Positions 1-12,350 of a stretch of DNA of 64,000 nucleotides are shown piece by piece. Under the pieces are notes generated by a model that worked only from the letters and a program-made list of their open reading frames with translations, was not told the origin of the DNA and ran no database searches. Location: assembly GCF_004010195.1 (NCBI RefSeq), contig NC_057719.1:29823100-29887099 (forward strand), written 5' to 3'. Within the stretch, counting starts at the first letter, position 1. Every line of letters begins with the position of its first letter. The position numbers and the translations under genes were made by a program. The DNA is from Chiloscyllium plagiosum (lineage: Eukaryota).

Positions 1-342
1 GAACACTTCAACCCCAGGGCATCAATGTGGACTTCAACAGTTTCCTCATTTCCCCTTCTCCCACCTCACCCTAGCTTCAAACTTCCAGTTCAGCACTGTC
101 CCCATGACTTATCCGGACTTGTCCTACCTGCTTATCTCCTTTTCCACCTATCCACTCCACCCTCTCCTCCCTGACCTATCACCTTCATCCCCTCCCCCAC
201 TCACCCATTGTACTCTATGCTATTTTCTCCCCACCCTCCTCTAGCTTATCTCTCCACACTTCAGGCTCACTGCCTTTATTCCTGATGAAGGGCTTTTGCC
301 CGAAACGTCGATTTTGAAGCTCCTTGGATGCTGCCTAAACTG
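1..342 (+). mobile_element. Penelope-like element family 1, 3' end (end of GIY-YIG ORF plus pLTR), truncated by window start
   Basis: Near-identical to 24991-25330. Encodes ...TLQPQGINVDFNSFLISP* and carries the CTGATGA...GAAAC motif. Confidence 0.85.
278..313 (+). ncRNA. Minimal type I hammerhead ribozyme motif (PLE family 1), intact core
   Basis: ATTC-CTGATGA-A-GGGC-TTTT-GCCC-GAAA-C-GTC-GATT: conserved core boxes, 4-bp stem II, GUC cleavage triplet, short stem I. Confidence 0.7.
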
Positions 343-384
343 AAGAAGGGTGGTGAGTTACCCAACAATGGGCTTGGTTACATT

Positions 385-478
385 CACATTCCCGATGAAG
401 AACCTATGCCCAAAATGCTGATTCTCCTGCTCCTCAGATGCTGCCTGATCTGCTATGCTTTTCCAGTGCCACAGTTTT
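385..478 (+). mobile_element. Degenerate PLE family 1 terminal fragment
   Basis: cccgatgaagaacctatgcccaaaatg...gatgctgcctgatctgctatgcttttccag matches the pLTR at 25262-25345. Confidence 0.65.
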
Positions 479-479
479 G

Positions 480-1603
480 AACATTGGGCTTGGTTAGCAA
501 GGCTAGATCACATGAAATATAGAGAGAACTCACCATTTGGATACAGAACTAGCTTGAAGGTAGAAGAAAGATGGTGGTGGGGAGGATTGCTTTCCAGACC
601 GGAGGCCTGTGACCAGTGGTGTGCCACAAGAATCAGTGTCGAGTCCACTGCTTTTCATTATTTAAATTAATGACTTGAATGTGACTATAGGAGATATAGT
701 TAGTAAGTTTGCAGATGACACCAAAATTAGAGGTGTAGAGGACAGTGGAGAAGGTGACCACAGATTACAACAGGATCTTGATCAGGTGGGCCAATGGGCT
801 GAGGTGTGGCAGATGGAGTTTAACTTAGATAAATGTGAGGTGTTGCCTTTCGGAAAAACAAATCACGACAGGACTTAAACACTTAATGGAAAGGTCCTGG
901 GGAGTGTTGCTGTACAAAGAGACCTTGGAATGCAAGTTCATAGTTCCTCGAAAGTAGAGTCACAGGTAGACAAGATAGTGAAGAAAGGGTTTGGTTTGCT
1001 TTCCTTTATTGGTCACAGTATTAAGTACAGGAGTTGAGGTCTTGTTGCAGCTGTACAGAGCATTGGTTAGGCCACTTTTGGACTATTGTGTGCAATTCTG
1101 GTCTCCCTCCTGTGGAAGAATGTTGTGAAATTTGAACAGGCTCAGAAAAGATTTACAAATATCTTGCCAGGGTTAAAGGGTTTGAGCTATAGAGAGAAAC
1201 TGAATAGGCTAGGGCTGTTTTCCTGGAGCATCAGAGGCTGAGGGGTGACCTTATAGAGGTTCATAAAGTCATGAGGGACATGGATAAGGTAAATAAACAA
1301 GGTATTTTCCCTGGGGTGGGGGAATCCAGAACTAGAGGGCATAGGTTTAGGGTGAAAGGGGAAAGATACAAAAGGGACCTAAGGGGCAACCTTTTCTCAC
1401 AGAGGATGGTTCATGTATGGAATGGTCTTCCAGAGGAAGAGGTGGAGGCTGGTACAATTACAACATTTAGAAGGCATTTGGAAGGGTTCAGAGGGATATG
1501 GGTCAAGTGCTGGAAAATGGGACTAGATTAATTTAGGACATCTGGTCGGCATGGATGAGTTGGATCAAAGGGTCAGTTTCCGTGCTGTACATCTCTGTTA
1601 CTC
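480..1603 (+). mobile_element. CR1 LINE 3' fragment (decayed RT and C-terminus)
   Basis: Translations SKFADDTKI, WQMEFNLDKCEV, RTRGHRFRVKG and RMVHVWNGLP; CR1-type 3' tail gtttccgtgctgtac. Confidence 0.9.
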
Positions 1604-3575
1604 CTCATACCCTATGTAGATAATACTGACTCTGACCAGTGGGAGTGGCTGACTGACCCTGTCCAAGGGCCTGGACTGTTTTCGAGTCTGTCTTTGACCT
1701 ACTGGCATCCATTGAACAAAGGCTATCTCCATTGACTGACAACCATGTCAAGTTTCCTGGCCTTTGTATCTGCACTAAATGGCAAGACAAGACAAGAGTA
1801 ATATGCGCCTGGTATCGCTGGCTGAGGGCCATGATGCAAAAAGACAAGGCAAGAATACTTTCACTAGGGTCAAAGTGAATGAGTACTACGACACTAAGAG
1901 AGGAGCCTGGTGATGCAGCTTGGTCCAGTCCATGACCTGGCTGTCTGTGTCCTTAAGTGCAAACTGACCTTGCATCAGCATAACCATGACAGTTGCCAGC
2001 ACAGCACTGAAGTGCAAAACATCCTTTGGTGGAACAGAGATGTACCATAAGTGTTCATAGGGCAGGCACATGTCAAAGGCCAATGTAGATTTGCGATGCA
2101 TGGAGCCAGTGCCCATGGAATATACCATGAGATGTTGATGCCCAGTGTCCAACATGGAAGTCCTTTAGAGAAAATGGCGAGGTACTCGCTCTGATTTTCA
2201 TTCCGAGTTTTCACATCTAGCTTGTCTGCTAAAACAGGAAGCTGAATATTAATCAGGCAAGTTGAGCTGTTAGAAAGGTGTTTGAAAAGCAATAAGCCTC
2301 CTCTAATTGGCAACTCACCACTACCGAGCAAGAAAATTGTCACTTGTCAAAAGCATAAATATGGGACAAGGTGTTCCCACCATCAAAATCAGCATCACCT
2401 GACTTCTGCCACAAATCTCAATGTAGTCCATATCACTTAGAGTCCTGTAAGATTCAATCCTTAATGTTAGATGAAATTTAAGCTTGATGAATACTTAGAA
2501 TGAGGTTGAGTTTATCACCTGTTTTCAAAGCATTGTTTGCCTGTCATTGCTTTTTCCACAGGTCTTCCTTTTTGTCCCAATTTCAAAAAGATTGGAGCAA
2601 AAAGTATGTGCATCGACCAAAAATATCCAATTAAGATTATAAGAGGGATCACTGTTATGTCTTTATATTACAAAATGAACATCTACTGTAAGATACTAGG
2701 ACTACTTGATGCAATGAGTACTACTATGTCTTGGCAACTCTAAAGCAGGAACCTAACTTGTAACAATTCTTCCTAGGAATTTGATATGTGGAAAATTGTC
2801 TATTATGCACTTTATAGTACTGAAAAAGTAGTTTTGTGATTGTAAAATAGCTTTTAACCTTGCCAAGAATTTGTTTCAAGATTTTCTTAAGTATTAAAAG
2901 TTACAGGTAGCAGACTTACAGCTAGAGCATATAAACTGTTGCCATCAAAACATTACTGCAATTCTTTTCAAAGTATTGGAATTTCTGAGACTTTGAAGCA
3001 GTACTCCAAATTATTTGTTGAAGTTGTTCAAGTTCTTTCAAATCACTCCATCTACTAAAAAAATCCAGAGTTAAGGTTTTAGAAGGCACTGCATACAGGG
3101 ACCATGCACTGTTGTTTATTTCTTGTATTTTGCCAGAAGGGAAATAATTTGAGGAATTTAAAAAAATTACAGTAGTGTTGTACCATTGTCTCTCGCCTAC
3201 GCATTAGACTTTCTGGCACCAATCAGAAAAAATTGTTTGAAATAGCTTTCATTTCTATTAAGCATTTTGTATAATGGTCTTTCTTTTGAGGGTAGTAAAT
3301 GGCAAGCTTCTAACTTTAGCAAATCTTTACATTTTGTGTTTAATTTCTTCAATTTCTTAAATGGAATATACTGGCATTATGCTACTGTTTTTTTATGCAG
3401 GTACACGTAATTGTCCATACTTAATGATTTACTGCATTAAGCTTGATCAATAAAGTTTTTCATTTTTCAAAATTTATTTTTTGAAGATGTCTGAAATAAT
3501 ATTTTTATCTACTTTTCTATTCTTATCAAGATTTAGTGTATTTGATCTCATTATAAAGATTATCATTTATCTGAT

Positions 3576-3985
3576 TAAAAGTCACACAACACCAGGCTAT
3601 GTTCCAACAGGTTTATTTGGAACACAAGCTTTTGGACCGCTGCTCCTTCATCAGGTGGTTGCGGAGTATAAGATTGTCGGACATAGAATTTATAGCAAAT
3701 GTTTACAGTGTGATGTAACTGTAATTGTATATTGAAAAAGACCTGGATTATTTGTGAAATCTCTCATCTTTTCAAATGAACATGTTGGTTTCATTTCTTT
3801 CATATGTAAAATTACAGACTTTTCTTAAAGTTACATTCTCAAGTGAACTTATACTCCTCAACCACCTGATGAAGGAGCAGCGCTCCGAAAACTAGTGCTT
3901 CCAAATAAATCTGTTGGACAAAACCTGATGTTGTGTGACTTTTAACTTTGTACATCCCAGTCCAACACTGACACCTCCAAATCAT
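3576..3985. mobile_element. PLE family 2 fold-back insertion (inverted pLTR pair)
   Basis: Left arm is the reverse complement of the family 3' region; right arm is in + orientation with tail ...acacctccaaatcat. Imperfect flanking duplication atcatttatctgat (3562-3575) / atcattgatttgat (3981-3994). Confidence 0.75.
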
Positions 3986-4544
3986 TGATTTGATGCATCT
4001 ACCTTTTACTCTTTTTGATTTAGATAGCCATCAATATAAATTGTATTCTAAATATCATCTCAATATGAGTACAGTCCTTGCCAATAAGGAGCTTCTCTGT
4101 TCTGAAGTGCTTCAGTATTTGAACTAGAAAAGCTTTAGGGAGGGGAGGTCTTCATCAACCCCTTTCAGGATTAGAGCTAATTTATGTGACTGGTTTAGTG
4201 GTTTTTTTTGTTTAGCAAACGTAATCTACCTGTTCACTTCATAGTCCGTAAAACAGTAGCATTCACATTTTGTTCCCTTCCCCTGTATAATTTTGCAGAC
4301 CTCTTGGATTTTCTTTCTAAGAATTACATTATAAATCTTGATGTCAGTGTTCTCGGATTGGGCGTGTACTCCAAATAAACTACTTCAAGGTTTTCCTGTA
4401 TATAATCAAAATTATTTGTTGAAGTTGTTCATGTGCACATGAAAAATTAGAAGACCTCTGAAGGCAAACGGTATTGGTCCTCTTTGTTACACTTTCTACT
4501 AAGGTGTGCAGGGAGGGAACACTAACATAGACAAAGGGAGCTAT

Positions 4545-5110
4545 AAAGTGGCGTCACGTAGAAGCTATACTCCGGTCAAAATTCCTCAAATCTCAATGGG
4601 TGCGGCATAAATATATGTGAATGATTAAAACCTAAAAGCTACTTTTCATTCCCAAGGCGGGAGACGTGGGACGTTAAATAAAATATGATCACTCAGACAT
4701 CGGTTAGGCATGTGAATACAGATCAGATACAGGTTCTAAATAATTCATTATATGGACAACTTGCAGCGACTACAGGGTGTAATGTTCAAGATATTTTAGA
4801 AATAGTCAACACTTTCAATGTTCCAATATATGTTTTTAAACTTGGAATGGTGGTAATATTATTGATTCATTTCTGGCATATAAATATTTACGTTCAGCTG
4901 TAATCAGAATGATTCCCATCAGCCACTTCAATCTTTAAGTTCATCCTCCCACAGCTGACGTCAGGGTAGAAACACTGAACCAAACAAGCCATTTTCACAT
5001 GCGTACAGGCTTCAGAGTGAGAGGCGGGGAGGAGCAGTGAAAACAGTTGCACAAAGAGAGAAGTTCTTGAAAAAAAAATCTGGGACCTCTTCATAGTCCA
5101 TCCATCCATC
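4545..5110 (+). promoter_or_regulatory. Putative promoter/5'UTR of host gene with CRE and GC box
   Basis: CpG density is raised relative to the rest of the window. Full CRE palindrome TGACGTCA at 4956-4963, CGTCACGT at 4552-4559, GC box GAGGCGGGG at 5021-5029, all just upstream of the candidate exon. Confidence 0.5.
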
Positions 5111-5333
5111 ATGGCGAGCAATCCTTTCGTTCAGCCGTTTGCAAAGGGACAGTGGGGCGAGGGCGAGGAGTTTGAGCAGACAGATCGTGGTGTAGGTGTC
5201 AGTCCGCAGGCGGGGGCGGCTTTTGGTGGAGGGGATGCAGTTGCAGCAGCCGAGAGCTGGCGAGCTGGGTTGGAGCAGCCCCTCATACCAGACTCCAGGG
5301 GACAGCCTGTTACCAAGGCAACTGCATCCGCAG
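5111..5333 (+). CDS. Probable first coding exon of an unidentified host gene (MASNPFVQPF...ATASA, phase 1)
   Basis: Strong Kozak context atcATGG, 74 open codons in GC/CpG-rich non-repeat sequence, consensus donor CAG|GTAAGG at 5333/5334. No homologue recognised. Confidence 0.6.
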
Positions 5334-5814
5334 GTAAGGTGGGGCGGGTGGACCGACTGCAGATATGCTTTGGAATCGTATTAAGCCCTAGATGCGCCCG
5401 TATACTCAGTCTCACCGAATTTTTTAAAGGGTCGATTATGTCGCTTTTGAAAGCCGTAATTAGTAAAAAAAAAACACTTTTATTAATGTCAATTTGCTGT
5501 TTGAAATTTCAACTTCTAAAATAATGGACATGCCGAATGTAATCTTTATGTACTTTTAATATTGCAGACGCATTTTGCCTTGCCTGTTAGAAATTGGCAC
5601 GATTCACAGGATTCTTTGTTAAAAATGTTGGCACTAATCCTGAGTCTGATTTTTAGAAGAGGCTGAAGTAGGTTTGACTCCTGTTTGAAACAAGTTCTTA
5701 AGTTGTGGCATCTGACGAATCTTTATCGTATTGATGGCAACCTTTGAATTAGTTAATTGTTGGGATTTTTTTTACAGATGCAGACAGTGTTTTAAATTTA
5801 ACTGTGAATAGAAG

Positions 5815-6018
5815 GAAGGCAGTGGCGTAGTGGTATTGTCAGTGGACTGGTAATCCAGAATCTCAGATTTGCATCTCACCATGAATTGAAATTTCACTAA
5901 CATTCTTAAATAAAGGTCCCTCTGTTTGACTTGTGAACTTTCAGGATATTATCACCTGGTCTGGCCAAAATCTGACTTCATAGCATTTGTTTGATTCTTG
6001 TTGGATGGGCAATAAATC
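5815..6018 (+). mobile_element. Decayed tRNA-headed SINE related to both ends of LINE family B
   Basis: A-box-like TGGCGTAGTGG (5823-5833). Body resembles the reverse complement of 53040-53325; ends in gatgggcaataaat like the family B 3' tail. Confidence 0.55.
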
Positions 6019-6044
6019 AAATTAGTATAAAATTAGTTGTTCTT

Positions 6045-6960
6045 AGAATCACAGAATTATTATAGTGCAGAAGGAGGTTATTTAGCCCATTGTGCTTTAC
6101 CAGCTCTACTGTCTCTTTATAATCTCCTGCCTTTTGCCCAGATACTTGCTCATCATTATTATCTGAAAATACATCCAATGCTTTGTCGAATGCCTCAATT
6201 GAATCTGCCTCCACGATGTTTCCAGGCAGTGCATTGCATAACAGTGAACAAGTTTTTTTCTAATGTCAACTTTACTTTGTTTGAACATCTCCTTATATCT
6301 ATAAATTTTCCTTTCAGTTTTGTTTCTATTACAAGTGGAAACAACTTCACACTATTTACTCTGTCAACCCCACTCATGATTTTGAAGTCCTAAATCCGAC
6401 CCCCTTCAGCCTTGTTCACTCCAGGAAGAACAATCACACCCTCTTCAATCTATCCTTGTAGCTGATGCTTCTCATTCCTGGAATCATTCTAGTGAATTGC
6501 TTCTACTCTCTCTCCAGTGCACTCCATGTTTCCTATAATGTGGCTTTCACACCTGTATACAGTCACCTGCTGTGGTCTAACAAATGTCCTGAATAAGTTC
6601 AACATTACTCCCTTAGTTTAGTACTTTGTGCCCCTAGAGGACTATGCTGTATTGTCTTCACATGCCCTGCCACCTTCAATGATCTGTACACATATATAGC
6701 CAGGTCTGTATGCTCTAATACCTGCTTTGTGCCCTATATTTTATATTGTCTTTGTGTTCTTATGATCAAAGCTCAGCACCATACATTTCTCTGCCTTGAA
6801 CCTTACTTGCCCAATCCACCAACTTGTCAATGTTCTTTTGGAGTTCCACAATATTGTCCTCACTATTTTCAGTTCAACAAATTTTAGTGTCATCTGCAAA
6901 CTTTGAAATTGTCCTCTGCACAACAAGATTCAGATCATTGATATATATTAATCAAAAAAT
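6045..6960 (-). mobile_element. CR1 LINE 3' fragment
   Basis: Minus-strand SKFADDTKI motif, GVDRVNSVKLFPL, CR1-type tail. Confidence 0.8.
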
Positions 6961-7034
6961 GTTGCTGGGTCAAAATCCTGGAATTCTCTCTCCAAGGACA
7001 TTGTGGGACCACCTACTGAGGATGCTCAAGAAGG

Positions 7035-7163
7035 CAGGACAGAAGTGGGTACTACAGATGTTGGAGGTCAGAGTCAAGATTAGAGTGGTGCTGGAGAAGC
7101 ACAGCAAATCAGGCAGCATCCGAGGAGCAGGAAAATCGACATTTTGGGCAAAAGCCCTTCATC
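7035..7163 (-). mobile_element. Short PLE family 1 insertion inside a LINE family B 3' tail
   Basis: Reverse complement of the pLTR. TSD atgctcaagaagg (7022-7034) / atactcaagaagg (7164-7176). Confidence 0.75.
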
Positions 7164-8044
7164 ATACTCAAGAAGGTACCTCACTACAACCTTCTCAAGG
7201 GCAACTCAGGACAGGCAATAAATGTTGGCCAGCCAGTGATGCCCACGTCCCAAGAGTGAATTGAAAAAATTGAAATTGAAATGCACTGGTTATTGGAGCT
7301 TGGTTAATTGAAATTAATTGTTGCTTTGAAAATGACATTTCGGGTCCGTAGGACTTTTGAGTAAATATGCAATGTAGGCTGTTTATAAAGTTAAAGAATC
7401 ACTTCATTTAGTGGGGAAGTCCTTTGTTGTTAGTTAGTTGAGGGAAAAAATGATGAATATTTCAAGTGTCAGATGAATCCCACATTGCAATCTTGAATGC
7501 AGACATTTAAAATATTCATTGCTCACAAAATGCCATTTTCTGTTTATTGATTGTATGGCTCAGTAGGGAAACAACTTGAAGTTGGCACTAAATGTGTATG
7601 CTTCAGCATTTTGAAGTAAGTGCATTTTATAATTTAGTAAACCACAGTCAATGTAGTTTCAGAAGAAAGTGATCATGTCACATTGCTTTATTTTGAGGAA
7701 CTGGAATTTTGAGGTTAATTTTCCAAATCTAGTTTGGAAAGCCCGAAAATGTAATGACCCTTGACTTCTAAAAGGAATATGACACAATTGCAAGCACAAT
7801 CTATTTTTGAAGTTTAAAATTTAGAGCAAATCCTGCAAATAATTTTTTAAAATTAAAGCATAGAAAGCAGTAATTTGCTCATTAGAGTAAGTGGTAGTCG
7901 CTAAGGATTATTGCAACCCTATTATTTGAAATGCAAGTTAAGGTTTATATTCAGAATATTGGAGCGCATTAATCAAACCACTTTAGAAGAGCCAGCAGAG
8001 AAGGCAGTTCAGGCTAATATTAATCAAAATATGCAAGTGATTGG

Positions 8045-8390
8045 AACAACGGAAATCTACAACTACAGATTCACCACAACAACTCACCAAGGCTTCTTAG
8101 AGAGCAATTTCAAAACCCATGACTTCCATAACTTAGAAAGACAAGGGCAGCAGAAAAGTGGGAATGCTACTACCAGAAGTTCCCCTCCAAGCCACACACC
8201 AACCTGATTTGAGACTGCATTGATGTTCCTTCACTGTTACTACATTAAAAGCCTGAGAGCTCCCTCCCTAACAGCACAGTGGGAGTGCCCACATTACGTG
8301 GACGGAAGTATTTCAGAAAAGTGGAGTCACCTTCTCAAGGATAAGCATTAAGTGTTGTCCTAGACAGTAATACCCATATCTTGTGAATTA
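8045..8390 (+). mobile_element. LINE family B 3' end
   Basis: Matches the reverse complement of 47890-48260 (agaaagacaagggcagcag, ttccttcactgt, caccttctcaagg). Confidence 0.65.
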
Positions 8391-10156
8391 ATTAAAATAT
8401 GTGGTTTAATGCATACAAGCGCAAGGAACTGTGGTTAAAAACAAACTGCTGGAAATACTCAGCAGGTCTAACAGCATCTGTGAAGAGAGAGAAACTTACC
8501 GGGGTAATTTAAGATTTGAGTGGAATATGACCCTCCTTCAGAATTTGCATACAGTTTTCTTTTTCAGTTTACATTGAACATGACTCGAGCAGCAAATGAA
8601 GATTTTCAAGCTCTGCTTACCGTAGCCAAACTGATAGTGGTATGGTAAATTATTTCCAGTCAAAACCTAAGGACAGCACAAAAAAATGTTTAGAGATATC
8701 CCACAGAGTTGATCCCTTGGGCTATTTCAGCCTTTAAAGGATATTTTGCAGAGATCTATTAATAGAGTAATTGTACACTAAACACGGAGCTAAATACTAC
8801 TTTATATTAAACTATGATATTAGAAGAAGCAGACATCTCTTAAACTGAGAAACATAAAACTCACTGACAATAATTGCAATGTATTAAAAACTTTCACATA
8901 AGATTAGTAGAGGCAACAATCAGGTATTGTTTGAGGAAATGTTGAGTGTTATAATGTTGGACCTTATGATTTTTCAAAAAGGATGTTCTCAGACTGGACA
9001 AATGATCTTTCTCGGCAATATCTGCTTCTAAGCAAAACTGTTTTTTTTTGTAATGTTTGTCATAGAGCAAATCAATGTAGTTTGAGGTTTTGTCCTTAAT
9101 CATGGATCAACTGACATTGTCTAATTCATTCTGTACATTCTTTGCTCTTTGGTCCATCATTTATCCTTTCAAGTCAAAACAAAAAAAATTCTTACTTGAA
9201 TGGGAGAGTGTTGTATGTTTCTTTGGGAGATACCCTGGAATTTATTCTGGTATGCTGACCCATTATGAGTAGTATAACTGATTATCCAAACAATTTTAAA
9301 ATGAATCTTCCTTGCTGTTTCTCAAAAACACTTAACTTGGTTTTTAGTTCCTATAATAATTATTTGTGCAGAGTGTTTTGGTTACAGTGGGCATTAACAT
9401 GTATGTCATTTTTTGTATTGATAGTACTGCACAATAACTAAGGCTGTTCAGTCTTTCATAAATGACTAAACACAATTAAAACAAAAGTGTTGAGATACTT
9501 GTTACCCTGCTACTCATTGATTCATTATGAAGTCTCATGAAAGGACATAGATTTGCATTTGGATACATCTGACATTCTGTCTTTGAAACATAATTCCTGG
9601 TGAATTTGAACATTGAATTATGCTGTGTTACCTTTCAGAAGCTGCAATGCTCAATGTAGATCAAGATGCTTATGTTAGATCTTTAGTGTAGATAAAACCT
9701 AGTTATAAGTATTTCTACATTATATTTAATGAAGATAAATAATATACTTGCTGCTAAGTGAGTTTAGAAACACAGCATTTCTCACCTAATGAACAGGAAT
9801 TGCTGTAAGAATTGTTGGGAAAGGAGTGAATTTGAACTACTTTGAACTCAATCAAGCATCCTTTAAAACTTTACTGGTACATTAGGAAATCTGGAACGTA
9901 ATGTGATACTTTTTTTGATGCTTCACTCATTTCCTACCTTGTATAGTAAACCAAAATCTGGGCTTATTGGGGGTTGTGCAATATGAAGGAGTGTAAAGCA
10001 GTGAACTTACTCAATGTTATGGATCCTTCACAATTGCTGCAGGTGTAATAATAAATGGTTTGTGGTTTGTAGCAATAACTTTCACTTATTTAGTGTCTTT
10101 AATGAAGTAAAGTACCCCCAATGCATTTTGATGAAATTTAGTTCGGCATATTTAGT

Positions 10157-10463
10157 GGGGTGGCATGGTGGCTCCGTGGTTAGCATTGCTGCCTCGCAGC
10201 GTCAGGGACCCGGATTCAATTCCAGCCTCGGGTGACTGTGCAAACTCCACGCAAACAGTCACCCATATTTGCGTGGGTTTCCTCCGGGTGCTCCGGTTTC
10301 CTCCCACACTCCAGAGATGTACAGGTCAAGTGAACTGGCCATGCTAAATTGCCCACAATGATAGGTGCATGAGTAGGGGAATGGGTCTGGGTGGGTTGCT
10401 CTTCGGAGGGTCGGTGTGGACTTGTTGGACCAAAGGGCTTGTTTACACACTGTAGGGAATCTA
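10157..10463 (+). mobile_element. HE1/V-SINE-like tRNA-derived SINE
   Basis: tRNA-like head, central gggtttcctccgggtgctccggtttcctccc, CR1-like tail. Confidence 0.85.
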
Positions 10464-10768
10464 AATAAATAAAAAATAAAATATACTAAGTCAAAAAATG
10501 TATTTGGAGGGCTTATCAAAACTTGGTGAAACGTTGCTTTTAAGAAAGGTCTTAAAGCAGCAGAGTACTTTGAGAAATAGACTGGTTTAGGTTTGAGAGT
10601 TCAATCCAAAATGTAGATGGCTAAGGGTAGAGTGTAAGCTAGGGTTAGTGATCACAACATGGTAACATTTCATATTCAGTTTGAGAGACAACAACTTCAG
10701 TCTCAAACAGTGTCCATAATTTAAATAAAGGGTAATTACAGACCTATGAAAAAACATTGTCAAAAGTG

Positions 10769-10942
10769 TACAATGTTAAAAATCACACAATACCAGGTTA
10801 TAGTCCAACAGGTTTAATTGGAAGCACTAGCTTTCAGAGCGCCACTCCTTCATCAGATGGTTGTGGAGGACTACAACCTGGTGTTGTGTGATTTTTTTTT
10901 TTAACTTTGTACACCCCAGTCCAACACCGGCATCTCCAAATC
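10769..10942. mobile_element. PLE family 2 short fold-back insertion
   Basis: Inverted terminal arms; exact 12-bp TSD ttgtcaaaagtg at 10757-10768 and 10943-10954. Confidence 0.8.
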
Positions 10943-11177
10943 TTGTCAAAAGTGAGCTGGGAAAATAGATTAAGGGGAAGGAAGGCAAGTAGATGAACAA
11001 TGACAGATATTGATCAGGTATTTCCTAACACCTCAGGAAGTTCTATTTCTGATCAAAAGAAGGACTTCATGAGAAGGATGAAACCTATTGTTAACAAAGT
11101 TGATCAAGGAAGAAATCGAATCCAAAAACTAAGGCATAAAAACAGCAACAAACCAGCTAGAATTAATTCAACATAAA

Positions 11178-11410
11178 ATCACTACAGTGCAGACAGAGGC
11201 CAGTTGGCCCATCAAGGCTGCACTGACCCTCTGAAGAGTATCCCAATCAGATCCACCCCCACTCCATCCCCATCCCTGTAACCTTGCATTTACCATGGCT
11301 AAATCACTACCTGTCACGTCCCTGGACATTATCAGAAAATTTAATATGGCCACCTAACCTGCAAATGTTGGACTGTGGGAGGAAACTGGAGCTCCTGGCG
11401 GAAAGTCACT
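11178..11410 (-). mobile_element. Decayed HE1-like SINE
   Basis: ggactgtgggaggaaactggagc and cacctaacctgca match the reverse complement of the SINE body. Confidence 0.6.
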
Positions 11411-11419
11411 TAACTTTTT

Positions 11420-12350
11420 TTCAGGTTGGAAAGACAGGAATAATGGAGTATTACAAGGATCAATCTAATTATTTACTATCTATATCAGTGACTTTGAGGA
11501 GGGGGCAATGTATTCAAATTTGCTTTCGATACAAAAGTAATTAGGAGAGCGTGTTATGAGAAGGGCATAAAAAAATCAGTAATTGGATATTGCTAGTTTG
11601 AGTGCATGGGCAAAAGCCTGGCAAATGAAATTTCATGTAGGAGAGTATGAGATCATAAATTTTGGTATGAAGAATCAAAAAGCAGATGATTATTTAAATG
11701 AGACTCCATAAAAGTACAACACAGATCTGGATATTTTATGTATGGAACACAAACGTTAGCATGCAAATACAGCAAGTAATCAAAAAGTCAAATGGAATTT
11801 TGGCCTTTATTGCTCGGGATTTGGAGTTTATAAACAGTCAAGGGTGTTGGTGTGATCGCACCTGGAATACTGTGTACAGAATATAATGGCATTGGATGGA
11901 GTTCAAAATAGATTAAGTAACTAGGCTGATTCCTGGGATGAAGGGGCTGACTTATCAGGACTGCTAAACAAGTTAGGCCTGTATTCATTAGAATTTAGAA
12001 GAATGAGATGTGATGAATGAGATCTTATTGATACATACAAAATTCTGAAGGGGCTTGACAGGACATATGTTGAAAGACGTTTCCACGATTGGGGGAATCG
12101 TGAATTTCACGACATTGATTCAAAACTGATGTGTGAATTAATTTCTTCTCCAAGAGGGTAGTGAATGTCTGGAATTCTCTATCCAACAGTTGTGGAGGCT
12201 CAATTACTGAAAATATTTGAAGAGGAAGTATATTTTTGTAATATCGGTTTGGAGGCCATGAGAGTTGGCACTGGGGAGATCAGTCATTACCTTGAAGGGA
12301 AGGCTTGACAGGACAAATGTCTTACTCTGCTACAATTTCATATATTTTTA
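11420..12350 (+). mobile_element. CR1 LINE 3' fragment, heavily decayed
   Basis: WAKAWQMKF, QQVIKKSNGILAFIAR, VVNVWNSL motifs. Confidence 0.75.

Noticed and set aside
1605..2343. Overlapping minus-strand ORFs as a divergent gene
   Set aside because: No recognisable domain or splice signals; probably a very old TE relic or noise.
7953..9690. Candidate second exons after AG acceptors at ~7953, ~8567 and ~9638
   Set aside because: The phase-1 frame reaches stops without a good donor before them, and no recognisable protein results.
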